A DNA stretch of 64,000 bases from Euglena gracilis (lineage: Eukaryota): contig CP154954.1 in NCBI GenBank assembly GCA_039621445.1, forward strand, positions 25,804,954 through 25,868,953. Reading direction: 5' to 3'. The stretch's first letter is position 1, and each line of letters starts with the position of its first letter. A model generated the notes under the pieces. It worked only from the letters and a program-made list of their open reading frames with translations. It searched no databases and had not been told where the DNA came from. Below are positions 52,724 through 64,000 of this stretch, in pieces. The translations under genes and the position numbers were made by a program.

Positions 52724-55700
52724 TACAATGCAGGGATTGGTGCTTCCTGAAATGGATAGCTACAGATAATTGCGGATCAGCCCAAAAATCCAAGGGTGAT
52801 AATTATAGATAATTATAGATTCTTATGGATAAGCCAAAAGTTTTGATCCCTGAGGATGGGCAATGACTGCATGAAGCTCATTTATTTTAAAAAGGCCATT
52901 TTCGCCCACTTTAGGTCATTTCTGGCTGCCTTGACTGATCCTGGCTGCTTTTCCGGCCTCCACTTTTGGTCACTTTAGACTACTTCTGGCTGCTTTTGGC
53001 CACTTTTATTTTTACTGCTGTTTGGCCACTTTTGGCTATTTCGTGGTGCGTCTGGTTGCTTCTGGCGTCCTTTGTTGTTTTTTATGGCATTTGCCTAGTT
53101 TTAGGCATTTTTAGGCGATATTGTGATTCGGTTTCATGCGTTTTCTGGATGGATATTCCCAGTAAGGAAGGGATTTTTTGGAATTGTGGATTTTTACAGA
53201 TAACTGCGGAGCACACCAATCCTTGTATAATTCTTTGGGTTGGGGTTTCCCAGTTGTATGTTCAAATCGGTCAATTTTGGGGTTTTGTCAGGAAAGTTTG
53301 TATTTTGGTGGGGGGTTTTTTGCGACGTTTGATTTCCACTCATCAAAATACTCATTGATCAAACCGGTGGAGTGTCTGTGTCTGTGTCTGTGGCTGGGTG
53401 GAATTGGGACATATCCATGAGGACAGTTTCCGCCTGGGAAAACTTTTTGGCCAGCTCGAAAAGCAAGTCTGTTTAAACAATGTGCACAGTCAAAGCGCTG
53501 CACGTTATAACAGGAGGTTTCGATTGTGTCCCATATTTGTTTCTCTTTTTTCCTGTTCGCAGGATTGTTCGTGATTTTTCGTGTCATCTGATTGCATGTG
53601 ATTTGCATGATTTTTTTGCGGATCTCAGAACAATATTCCCAGGGTTAATATCAGTTGTATGTTACATTTCTGGAATGATTGTCAAGATTGCAGTCAAAAT
53701 TTGCAGACGACCTGCAACGTTTGCGATCATGATTGCTGTCTCCGAGATCAAAACAAAATGATTCAAAAATAGTAACCCCCCAAAAAATAATACCCCTTGG
53801 GGTATTATTTTTTCGCCCGAAGTCCCGGCCCAAGGGGGGGTATTACTTGGGGGGAAGGTAATAGCTCCACAAGGTTTTCAAAAATTTTCGAAGCTCCATA
53901 GAACCCAGAATAGCACCCAAAACCCCCCATTTATTGCATTTTCGCATGAAATTTAGCATTTTTGGAGGCCTCGTGATCAATATCAGGTCAATATCTGGGT
54001 CGTCGGCCTGAAATTTGGGGGAGGGTATTAACTCGGTCGCCTCCCGGCCCAGGGGGGGGGGGGTATAACTTGGGAGAGGATCTAGTCAAAAATTTCCATA
54101 CCCCTATGTTTTGTGTGTGAAAATCTGAGACCAGCCGTTGAGAGCAAAAAAATTTGCGATTTGATGCCCCATTCCCACACTGTACGTGTTTGTGTTGCTT
54201 GCACCACACTTATGATGATGATCAGCACACGCTCCATATGCTCCAGCTACAAGTTTTGGTATCTCCCAATCCACAGAAGTTGCCATATGCTGTGAAAATG
54301 ACTTTTTTTGAATCAAGCGGTGCAAACCGCCTCCGTTTTCTAGCACCCCCTCCCCCCCCCCCCGGGCAGGGCTGTACGGGAAGGCCTGGTGGGGGGGGTC
54401 GGACCCCCCCCCCAAGGGGAGGGGGGCGGGGGAGGGGGGGGGTGGGGTCGACCCCCACCACCCACCAGGGCACCCGCTCAAAAAAAAATTATTTTGGCTG
54501 CCCTGTGTGGTCCAAAGTGTGCCGGCCATGTTCTGGCAGCAACAGCCCCCTCCCTGCACTGACAGCACAGGCCCCCCGCCCCATCAAGCCGACTCAGTAG
54601 CTCGGGGCCCTCCATCACACCGGTGGCCCCGGCCAACACCCCACGCCTCAGGCGGTCGCCTGAGAAGAACCGGCATTCCGACAAGCCCTTTCCTTTTGTT
54701 GTGACGGGGCGCTTCTCCGGTTTTCGAGACCAGAAACACCCCTCTTCCCCTGGGGTCGGTTATTTTTACCTATTCTCTGGTTTGACCCTAACCGCATCTT
54801 TACCCTTAACACGCTGATGCCCAACATGTTCTGCATACATTTTGGGACAGTCTCTAGGGAGGAGACCCCGCATCGACGCAGGCAAGCACCTCCAGCGACA
54901 AATCCCGACAAATCTGACAAATTCAACAATTATGGAAATTTAGCATGTGCCTCTAGTAATATACCCAGTTCATTTTTGCTTTATTTTTTGGGGACGAGAT
55001 TTGGGGGTTTGCTTTGCTCGTAGGTTGTCATAACCCAAATTCACGCTCCACGTCATCAATGACGCTTTTGGTTTGTATGTGTACCGCGAAAGGAGTTCCT
55101 ATGCCATAGAAAGTCTGATAAGGGAAGATCACCATCCCATAGAGAAACCATATGGTGGGCCACACCTTATTTGGCTTTGAAAAGAAGTCACTGACTGGTT
55201 TTTGGAAGAGTGTAAATTAAACCGAATTCCCAGAACAACAATTGACAAAGAAACAAAAGGCAAAGAATATCTACGGCTTCTGCTTCTGGAGGGTTCATGA
55301 GAGTACCCCCCCCCTCCGGGGTACACAGGGAAAACGAAGGCAGAGCATTCTTCGATTGGGCTGCTTCAACGGGAGGGGATACATCTTTCCACAGGGTTCT
55401 GAAGGCACACATTTGGAATGCAATTTTTGAGTTTCATTGAGCTTCCGCATTCTGCAGAGGCTTTTGAGGGGAACGAAACGGGATCGCAGTTGTCACCTTC
55501 CGCCCCCTTGGCTCCACAAATATGCTCAGGGTTTGGCATCCCCCGTTGTACGTATGATTCCACACAATTGGCCCCTTGGGGGGGGGTCATTTCCGTTTGG
55601 GTAATTTGGCCCGTTTTCCTGTGCTGTCCACCGGGGTGACAACCGGCGTCGATCACCTGTTCTGACGTCCAGTTGGGGGGAGGGGACGATGCAAGCAGAA

Positions 55701-57390
55701 TAGAAACCATGTTTCTGATCCCTGTGAGGAGGCGTTGAGCCGGTGGCCAAGTGACAGTGTTGCTGGATGTGCAACGGCTTGGGCCCATCACCAAATGCTG
55801 GGGCTTCCCTCTTTGATGGCACCATATATATATATCCGGCTCCCGCCCCCTGCCCGCCCACCCGCCTGCCTGCCCCCCCCCTGCCTGTCGACCTGACTTG
55901 CACGTGTGTCGATTCACTCCCGCACAGACAATTGCCCACTCCCGCACAGGCCCTCGCCGACTGCTGGCCCCCTCATCACCCTGCCATTTCCAAAGCCAGT
56001 CTCTGTCCGGGCTTTTTTTAAGGAAGGTCGCACCCCCCAGGGAAATGCAATGGGCAGGGGGTTTGGCATTTCAGTCCCCCCCCCTGAGTGGTTTGAAGTG
56101 GGTACTGCTATGGTAGTTTTTTTTTGGGTTTTTTTTGCTCTTTCGACGCCTCACCGGAATTTGAGGCACCACAAGGGTGGAGACAGCGAAGCCTGCTCTG
56201 ACTGACTGTCTGACCCAACCCACTCCCGCGAAAAGCTCCCCAGCCTCGACTTCTGACCATCCTGCACAGCTCCTCGCCCCACCCCAGACACCACAGCTTT
56301 CCGTCTGGTTCTGCAGTCTTCAGCACCCCAGCCGATGCCTGATACCGGCACAGAACGTTGACTCTTAGTGCTTTCAGATCCTGTTTCACGGTATGTGTTC
56401 GAAGAGTGCCGAGAACGCAACTGGGGATTTAGGCGGGCATCAACAAAGTCTTGCTCGTTCTTGCTGTCTTTTTTCTCTCCATTGTGCAGGTGCACCAGTG
56501 CACCCCCTAAAGGAATCCTTTCTGGAGTAGGCAGATGGGGAGTGGTGAATCAAAGGTGAAGGGTCTAATCGAACATTTCTGGTTTTCACCCATATTTTGT
56601 TTTGGGGGTGCCTGGGGAACCGCCCCTTCCTCCTCCTCCTCCTCCTCCTCCTCCTCCTCTTCTTCAAGGAACATTTTCCCTCCAAGCAGGGTGAAGTCCC
56701 TGGGTCCGAGGGGGTATTACCGGGTCTGGCCGACCTTTTTCCCCATAGAGAAATGCCCACACAGCATAGCTTTAACGAGTTTGACATGGAAGAGTTAGCC
56801 CGAGGAACATGTGATGGGCCATTTATCAAAAATACACAATGTGGTGTCCCGGTGTCCCTTAAACCACAAGGAGGAGAAGAAGAAGAAGAAGAAGAGGCGG
56901 AGGAGGGGGAAGAGGAAGAGGTGGTGGTGGCGGAGGAGGAGGAGGAGGAAGAGGAAGGAACACTGCACTTTGCCCACCTATTTGTCCAACCGTTGCCATC
57001 ACCCTCTCCTCCTTCTCCCCGCAGCCCCTCCACTCGGCCGGGCGATGGACAACCTTCTCCAGGCCAACACCCCCGTCCAGCGCGAGGGCGCCCAGCCCAC
57101 GCCCAGCTTTCCCCCCGGCCAGGGCTGTCCGGGAAGCCCCGAGACCTTGACAGGGGTCAACCCCCCCACCAAGCCTTCCCGTACCGCCCTGCCTCCGGCA
57201 GCCTGCCCTCCTCCCCGCAGGTCAGCTTCCTCACCGCCCTGGGGCAGGCAGGCAAAGGGTTGGGTGGCCAACCCCCCCCCCCCCGCGGGCGCGTGGAAAC
57301 TGTTTCGCCGGCATGCTTGGAGGAGTGATTCCGCAAAGTGGAGCCTCCCACAGTACCCCACATTTAAGGGTGGGGGCTCCATTTTATGCC

Positions 57391-57730
57391 ATGTATGTAT
57401 ATATACATGTATATGTATATATGTACATATATACATATACATGTATATATACACGTACATATATGTATGTGTATCTGTATGTGTGTAATATATACGTATA
57501 TGACACACATATGTGTATACACACGTATGTATATGTATATGCACGTGTGTGTATATGTATGTATGTATGTATGTATGCATGTATGTATGTATGTATGTAT
57601 GTATGTATGTATGTATGTATGTATGTATGTATGTATGTATGTATGTATGTATGTATGTATGTATGTATGTATGTATGTATGTATGTATGTATATGTATAC
57701 ATATGATAATATATGTATGCATATGTATGT
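57391..57730. repeat. (TATG)n/(TA)n compound microsatellite
   Basis: Directly visible. Confidence 0.95.
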
Positions 57731-59120
57731 GGGCTGGCCCTTGGGCTTGGGCCAGGTCGGGGCGGGACGCGCGCATCAGGTCCCCTCCTCCTCCCCACGG
57801 CGGCCCCCCTGCCAACCCAGCCCCCGCCCCGTGCCAGCCGCCCGCCCCCCTCGCCATGGTGCTGACCAACTCCCCGCCCCCGCCCCGCCAAGCCACCTCC
57901 CCCACCCTGGGCCGGACTGGGGGGGTGGAGGGGGGCGGACGGCATTATGTTTCAGGCAAGTGCTTTTTTCAATTTTGGGGGTATTTTAAGGCTTTTTGAG
58001 GCATTTATTTTCCAAGGCACAGTCCGGACATCAAACCAACGTCGGTCCGATTCAAAAGCCAAAAAAAAGTCGAAAAACTCATTTAGGTGGATGGCAGTTT
58101 TCCAGCGATGCCAAAAAATCATTTTTTCCCGGGTTAGCTTGTTTTGCCAATATTTTTCTTCATTATTTATTGCTAGGTCAGAGAAAATTCTGCCAAAATG
58201 ACTGATGTTGACTGACTGGTGTTTTGAGGCATTTTAAGGCGCATCGTGTTGTTTCAGGTTTTTTAAGTTGCGGTATTGCCTAGGTGGGTGAGGGGTGTGG
58301 TTTGGTGGCCAATGGGGGGGGGACCGCAAACAGGGGATCGGGGCACCCCACACACCCATAAATTAATGGAATTTAATTGATTTATTTTTTTAATTAATCA
58401 ACTAAAAGCGTGTCCCAAACGCCATTCTTGTTCTGACGCATCATCACATTTGAAAGGGTCGGCATTGCAAATCGGTGCGCGTCGGACAAGCGGCCGGCAG
58501 CCCCGCCCGGCGCCCAAGCTGGGGGCGCGGTCCCCCTGGAAGGGCCGGCTAGGCAGCAGCCGCATGTCCAAGACCGAGTCCCTCGCCAACAAGCAAGGCT
58601 CCATGGCCGCGGCCGGCTCGAGCGTTGGTTGAGACACACGTTCAAGAGGCAAATACCCCCTCTGTTGTAAGGCAGGGTGCGCTGTGGCCAACGAGGGTTG
58701 CTGGGGGTGGTGGCGTCGGGCTACGCGTCCAAACAGTGTACAGTTGTAGTGATCTTTTCGAAGGGGTTGCATATTTTTTCCTCATCAACCAGGGTTTCGC
58801 CGGCCAAAAAAAAAACAGAACAGACAGTTCAGAGTGTGTCTCTGAGGTGGGAAATATCCAAGAAAGTTGTTTTTTTGAGGCATTTGCATTTGCATCTTAA
58901 ATTGTTGAATGGCTGGCCATTCCTTTGTTTGGTTAGCCTGGGGGGGGAGAGGTGCTCAAGGACAGACTTGCTCACTCCGTCGGCTAGGGCTCCTCTGCTT
59001 GCACCCTGTATTTGGAAGGGTAAATCTGATCGCCCCTGCCTGCCAGAAAGGTTCGCTGCTCAATGTACTCCACACAGGGGCAGTTAAACCAGCTTTGCGT
59101 GCAGGTCCTGCCCCAACAAT

Positions 59121-59265
59121 AAAGATGAGTGTTGAACCAACATGAAAGGGAGGTCCTCCAAAGGACTCCTCAAAGAGAGGTTCTCCAAAAGTTAAAGATG
59201 AGTTGAAACCAACATGAAAGGGAGGTCCTCCAAAGGACTCCTCAAAGAGAGGTTCTCCAAAAGTT
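59121..59265. repeat. Tandem duplication of about 72 bp
   Basis: AAAGATGAGT...CCAACATGAAAGGGAGGTCCTCCAAAGGACTCCTCAAAGAGAGGTTCTCCAAAAGTT occurs twice. Confidence 0.9.
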
Positions 59266-59549
59266 CGTCGGAAATTTTCCATTACTTTGTCTCCGATTAT
59301 GGTCCAAAACAGGTGTTTCCAAATCAGAAGCAGAGATTCTGCAGTGCCCTTTTTGACGCATACTGAGTACAAAAATGAGAACCACAAACGCTTTACATTT
59401 TCAGCGTTTTCTTTCAGTCTCGATTCCGTCAACTTTTTTCAGTCTCCATTAAAAAGCAATCTTTCAATTATAATTGGTTTCCCAAAATGCTTGAGGTTTT
59501 TCCACACATTTTTTTTTAGAGGTTTGGAAATCAAGATATATATATATAA

Positions 59550-60056
59550 GGTAGCAAGAGTTACTCGGCCCACGGGCAGAGTAAAGTCTACAGGGGGAGG
59601 GGGGTCCGTGTAGCATCCCCCACGCCCAAGCTTCGGGAAAATTCGGGGCTATTTCTCGGGATAGGGTTAGGGTTCCGACCGGATTCCGGGACGGCGCCCC
59701 ATTTGGAATTTAGGTAGAGGTTCGGCCGCATTGCCGACAGTTTCCGACCGAATTAGGGTCGAATTGCGGTAAAATTACGACGAAAGGGCGACCCAAAAAT
59801 CTTCAAAACGGCGACCTAACTTCCGGCCTAACTTTATCCCTAAAACGTGCCAATTTTCTGTGCGCCGATTCTAACCCTAACCTTATTCCTCTGATAATAA
59901 GTGCGGTCTCGCCCCGGATCCGACGGAGTTGGCCCGGATCCGGCGCTGTTCCGGGGCCCCGCGGGGCCGAATCGGCTGGACCGGGGGACTGGTGGGATTC
60001 TACACGTGCCCCCCCCTGGAGGTTTTACTCTAAAGTCTTGCTAAAGTCTTGCTGCC
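59550..60056. mobile_element. MITE-like element inserted in a (TA)n tract
   Basis: GGTAGCAAGAGTT...AGAGTAAA..CAGGGG on the left mirrors CCCCTG..TTTACTCT...AAGTCTTGCTGCC on the right. TA runs lie on both sides. Confidence 0.65.
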
Positions 60057-60211
60057 ATATATAAATATAATATATGTTATATACTAATAGACGTGTATAT
60101 GTGCATATATATATATATATATATATCTGTATGTATAATAGATATAATTATAATATACAAAATAAACGAAACCGCTGAATTCTCCGTCACCGTGGAGCCA
60201 GCCCTCAAGAG

Positions 60212-63200
60212 GTGCCCAACGCTGGCGCCTCCGGCTTCGAGGGGGCCCCGGGGTCGATCCATGAGCCGCCGGAGCTGGACCTCGACGCGGACCTGGAGAA
60301 GGAGCTGTCCCTGGAGCCGGAGGTGGTGGAGGAGGTGCCCCACGTGTTCCGGATCGTCCTGACGGGAGGGCCCTGTGGGGGTGTGCCGTCCTTCCGGAAA
60401 TTCCTGCTCTTGCGGTGGACCATGCTCAATGATGATTTCGACTCCCCCTTTGGCGCTCTTCTTCCGTTGGGTTGTATAATAACGTTCTGTGTTCTTTGTC
60501 ATCCCCATCCCAGGCCTGAAACCCCATATGGGTGGTGGGTGGGGGCCCCCCCCACCAGGACGGATTTGAGGTGGGAGTTTTTTAAATTTTCTCTTCGGCT
60601 CCAAAGGAATTTCCGCTTGTGCGGTGCTGTGGTGGGGGTGGGGTTCGGCCCCCAGACCTTCCCGTGCAACCCCGCGCCGCCTCTTCGGTGCAGCACGGAG
60701 TCTGCCGCCACCCCCATCAGTCTGGAGCCACCCCCCACCCATGACGTCCCTCCCCGCCTGCCGGTTTCCCTCGCAGGTAAGACGACTGCGCTCTCCACCA
60801 TCGCGGACTACCTCCGGTCCCTGGGCACCCAGGTCCGTGTGCTCCCCAGCCCTGTGCCGCGCCTGCCAGCAGGCGGTGCGTGGTTGGCCCCGCCCTTGCA
60901 GCATTATCCGCTGGGGACGGCACCGTCTCTGCAACACGGCTGATGGCGCAGCACGTGCTGTGCAGCTTTTCGTTCGGCGGTAGAGCATAGGATGGCCCCC
61001 AAAGTGCGATGGGAATCGGGCAATTTCACGGGAACTGCAAGAAACCAGCAAGAAAACAGTGGCCCGGCTATCCACCCAGGCCACAAATTTTCCCCCTGAG
61101 ACCCCCCCCGCAGCATTTGCATACGTTCCGAAAGTCAGCCTTTCGTCCTTCGGCCCCCGCCCCCCACAGGTGTTCATGGTGCCGGAGAACGCCACCATCT
61201 TCGCCAACGGCGGGGCGGGCTTCCCGGTGCACTCCTCCAAGGCGCAGCAGATGTGCTGGGAGCAGGGCCATGCAGGAATCCCCACAACCTTATGGGGGGG
61301 GGGCGCCCCCCCCCCCCCATCCTGGTGGTCGGGGGGGGGGATCCCGACAACAGGGGGGGGGGAATGCGTTTCGCATTTTTTCGCATTTTTGCGCAGCGCA
61401 TGCGCACAAATTTTCCTGCGCACCCCCGCCCCGCAGCGCTGCTTTTTGACACATTTTTCGTGATTTTCTAAAATTTTCGCAGACCATTTTTGCAATTTTG
61501 CAAAAATTTGAAATTTTCGACGCTTAAACCCTCACTACATCAAGGTGCCAGCATGGGGGTAGCAGGGAGCATTTTTTCTGGATTTTGCACATTTTTGCGC
61601 ACACAAAAATGCGCAGCGCATTTTGCGCATTTTTGCGCACCGAGGGGGCGAGCGCACCCCCCCCCCCCTGCCGACAACCCCTCCCCACCAGGCTTTCCCG
61701 GTGCAGCCCTGGCCGGGAGAGCTCCCGCATCATGTGCCAGATGAAGATGGAGGGCCAGCGGCCCCTTGGCGCCACCCCCCCCCCCGGTCGGGACGCTATT
61801 GTTTGAAAAGAATGGAAGTGTTTTTTCTGCCGCTGCGGCCCATCCCCCTGGGCACTCTGGGCATTGGTGAGACGCCGCCAAAATTTCGGTATTTCGGCAT
61901 CGACCTATCCAAAATTTCGGTATTTCGGTATCGACCTCGCCAAAATTTTGATGTCGACCTCTGCTACCCTTCACATTCCCCGAAAAGAGGTGTCTCATCA
62001 TCGTCGCCGTTACTGAGTCAGGATTTGAATTCTTTTTTGATGTTTCCCAGGGCGTTTTGTGTCTCGCCGCCAAGTAACATAGGGGCCTTTGTTTTGCACA
62101 GGAGGATGGCAGGAGGTCGATGGCCCCGCTTCCGGTCTCGTTTCTGAGATGGATGCAGCCATACCCCGACGTACCCGGCTCAGCCTCCTCCACCTGGGAT
62201 TGCCATCCTGGAGGCATCAACAGAGTGCAAATTGCATTATTTCCTGGAACAGCAGAAAGTTGCCCACGTGTTGAAAACGTGGTGGTTTTTGGAAGGCCTG
62301 GAAGTGACAGGGAGACAACAAGAAGGCCAGCCAGTGCAAGATCATTCGAGGGCAAGTATTACCCCAACCCCGGGGGGGGGGGGGGCAGGAGAGTGGGCAA
62401 TGCACCGCTGCGGGGGACTGCTTCATCCAGATCGCGAAGTCGAGCGGCAAGCCCACCGTGGTGCTGTGCGACCGCGGGACGATGGACGCTGCAGCCTACA
62501 TGGACTCGCAGGTCTGACCCCACCCCACCTTTGAAGAGTACTGGCTGGGGCTCAAATGATCCGTCGAATGAAGCCCGATGTGTAGAGACCAGGTCAAGCG
62601 CATTGGCTGGAAATTTCGAGTTTGCTGAAAAAGGCTCCAGGCTAACTCCCATCCCCTGGGTTGGGGTCCCAATGCTGGGAGCAGACCAGCGCTCGCACCC
62701 AACGTAGGAAACATGGAGGTGGAGATGTGAAAGCAAAAAGAGCAAGGCATTTTTTGATTTTGAAGTTCCATACAAAACGTTGCATACAAAATTGATCAGG
62801 AAAAAAATTGGTTGGGCAAAAATCGCCCAAATATTTCCTCAGCATTTTAAGGATTCCGCCCAATTTTTTCACCGACTGTGCACTTGAAGCATCTCCAGAA
62901 AAAGATATACCAAATGGTTGTTTTCTGGATGAATTCTGGTTTTTGTTCCTTTTTTCTGAACTCAATCTAATGAATTCTGGATAAAAGGAAGGGACATATG
63001 CCAAGGGGCTAAGGGCTGATAACTCGGTGGCCGAGAGTTCAGCGCCGGACCGAGGGGTCGTGCATTGATTGTCATTCAGCATCATGTTTTCTAGAAGGAG
63101 AACCACCACTCACTTATTTCCAGACCAATTACCATAGTTTGGGTGCCCAAATATGTGCCCAATTTTTCCGCAATCAATTTTTCCTGAACTAATTTATACA

Positions 63201-63982
63201 GGACCAATTTTTGACCCCTCCCCCAGTATTTTTCAACCCGATTTTGGCCTAATTTAGGAATCCATTTCAAAATGCAACGGCGTTATTGTCCACGACGATT
63301 AAATCAGGAGTAAGGCCGAGGCTGGAAATAGGCTAGCTGGCTGACCTCCCCAGCAGCTTCACCAATAAAGGGATTCAGGAGGTTTTCGCATCATATCAGC
63401 AGTGCAGCATGGCAATTCTGCTTTTCTTTGAGTCTTCTTTTGCTTACAGGTTTATTCATGTTTTTCTAATACGTTTCACCTGCATTATTCCGATCGATTG
63501 TAGTGTGGTGGCATCTAGGCAGAGCAACATCTCATGGAGCGAAAAGGACCGTGCCAGGATGGGGGTTTGTGGCACCTCCGTGCAATGATTCCGCAGCGCT
63601 GGAACGAGCTAATGGAGCAGATGGGATGGCCAGGGATAGTCCGGCGCTGTGGCAGCAAAGCGCCCCCTCCCCCTGATGGGGTCTGTCCACGGACCCGGAG
63701 GATGGCGGCTGGCTTGGTCCTGGGTGGCCCCCGCACGCCTGGTTTCAGGCATGGCGACGCAGGAGTGGCCAACGTTGGCACTCCCACTGCCCCCCCCCCG
63801 GCCGGTCCCTGAGGGCCGGCAGACGGACATGCTGCGGGAGGAACGGTACGACGCGGTGATCCACCTGCACTCCACGGCCATCGGGGCGGAGGACTACTAC
63901 ACGCTGAGCAACAACCAGGCCCGGCGGGAGGGGCTGCAGCAGGCCGCGGAGCTGGATCAGAAGATCGCCGCGGTGTGGGCTG
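60212..63982 (+). CDS. Ttd14-like (AAA_28, NadR/Ttd14 family) P-loop NTPase, partial. Exons: to 60380, 60777-60832, 61170-61259, 61717-61752, 62416-62511, 63597-63627, 63818-~63982. The 5' exons probably extend to about 57045
   Basis: Spliced: VFRIVLTGGPCGGKTTALSTIADYLRSLGTQVFMVPENATIFANGGAGFP...CQMKMEDCFIQIAKSSGKPTVVLCDRGTMDAAAYMDSQRWNELMEQMGWQTDMLREERYDAVIHLHSTAIGAEDYYTLSNNQARREG. Walker A, CDRG and RYDAVIHL motifs are present. Confidence 0.85.
61260..61716 (+). other. Non-conventional intron, MITE-like
   Basis: Ends read gagCAGGGC...GCCCTGgccgg. Removal restores QMCW|ESSRIM. The 8-mers flanking the stem are GCTGGGAG and GCCGGGAG. Confidence 0.8.
61753..62415 (+). other. Non-conventional intron
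   Basis: Ends read ggcCAGcgg...ccgCTGcgggg. Removal restores MKME|DCFIQIAK. Confidence 0.8.
63628..63817 (+). other. Non-conventional intron
   Basis: ggcCAGGGA pairs with TCCCTG. Removal restores MGW-QTDMLREE. Confidence 0.6.
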
Positions 63983-64000
63983 GCGGGGGCCTGGGAGCGT

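Noticed and set aside
56597-57328. 243-aa Glu-rich ORF
   Set aside because: It is driven by (CCT)n and (GAG/GAA)n tracts plus MITE-end sequence, with no domain signal.
60077-61495. 472-aa minus-strand ORF
   Set aside because: It is the antisense shadow of the GC-rich Ttd14-like exons and introns.

Overview
Intron-rich eukaryotic genomic DNA, very probably from a euglenid (Euglena-like). The inference rests on GC-rich exons interrupted both by GT-AG introns and by non-GT/AG introns whose ends base-pair (intron nt +4..+6 with -8..-6). There are two + strand host genes: a multi-RRM gene that appears to end in a DUF3883/NOV_C-like PD-(D/E)XK domain (883-30743; the linkage is partly inferred), and a Ttd14/AAA_28-like P-loop NTPase (about 60212 to beyond 64000). 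The highlight is an apparent DNA-transposon family with CTTAGGCGG termini. One member is a 12.7-kb element (8252-20963) encoding a decayed Transib/RAG1-like DDE transposase and a ParB-like protein, and carrying about 38 RCGG-N4-CCGY palindromes. The other is a 1.9-kb element with the same 9-bp ends (5231-7140, 5-bp TSD) that forms a perfect GT-AG intron in a host exon. The window also holds non-conventional introns that look like hAT MITEs with remnant 8-bp TSDs, an intact TRIM with tRNA-derived sequence in its LTRs (48056-49077), and a scrambled Gypsy-like relic with a Dam-like methyltransferase. MITEs and microsatellites are abundant. All domain calls come from motif reading by eye; no searches were run.
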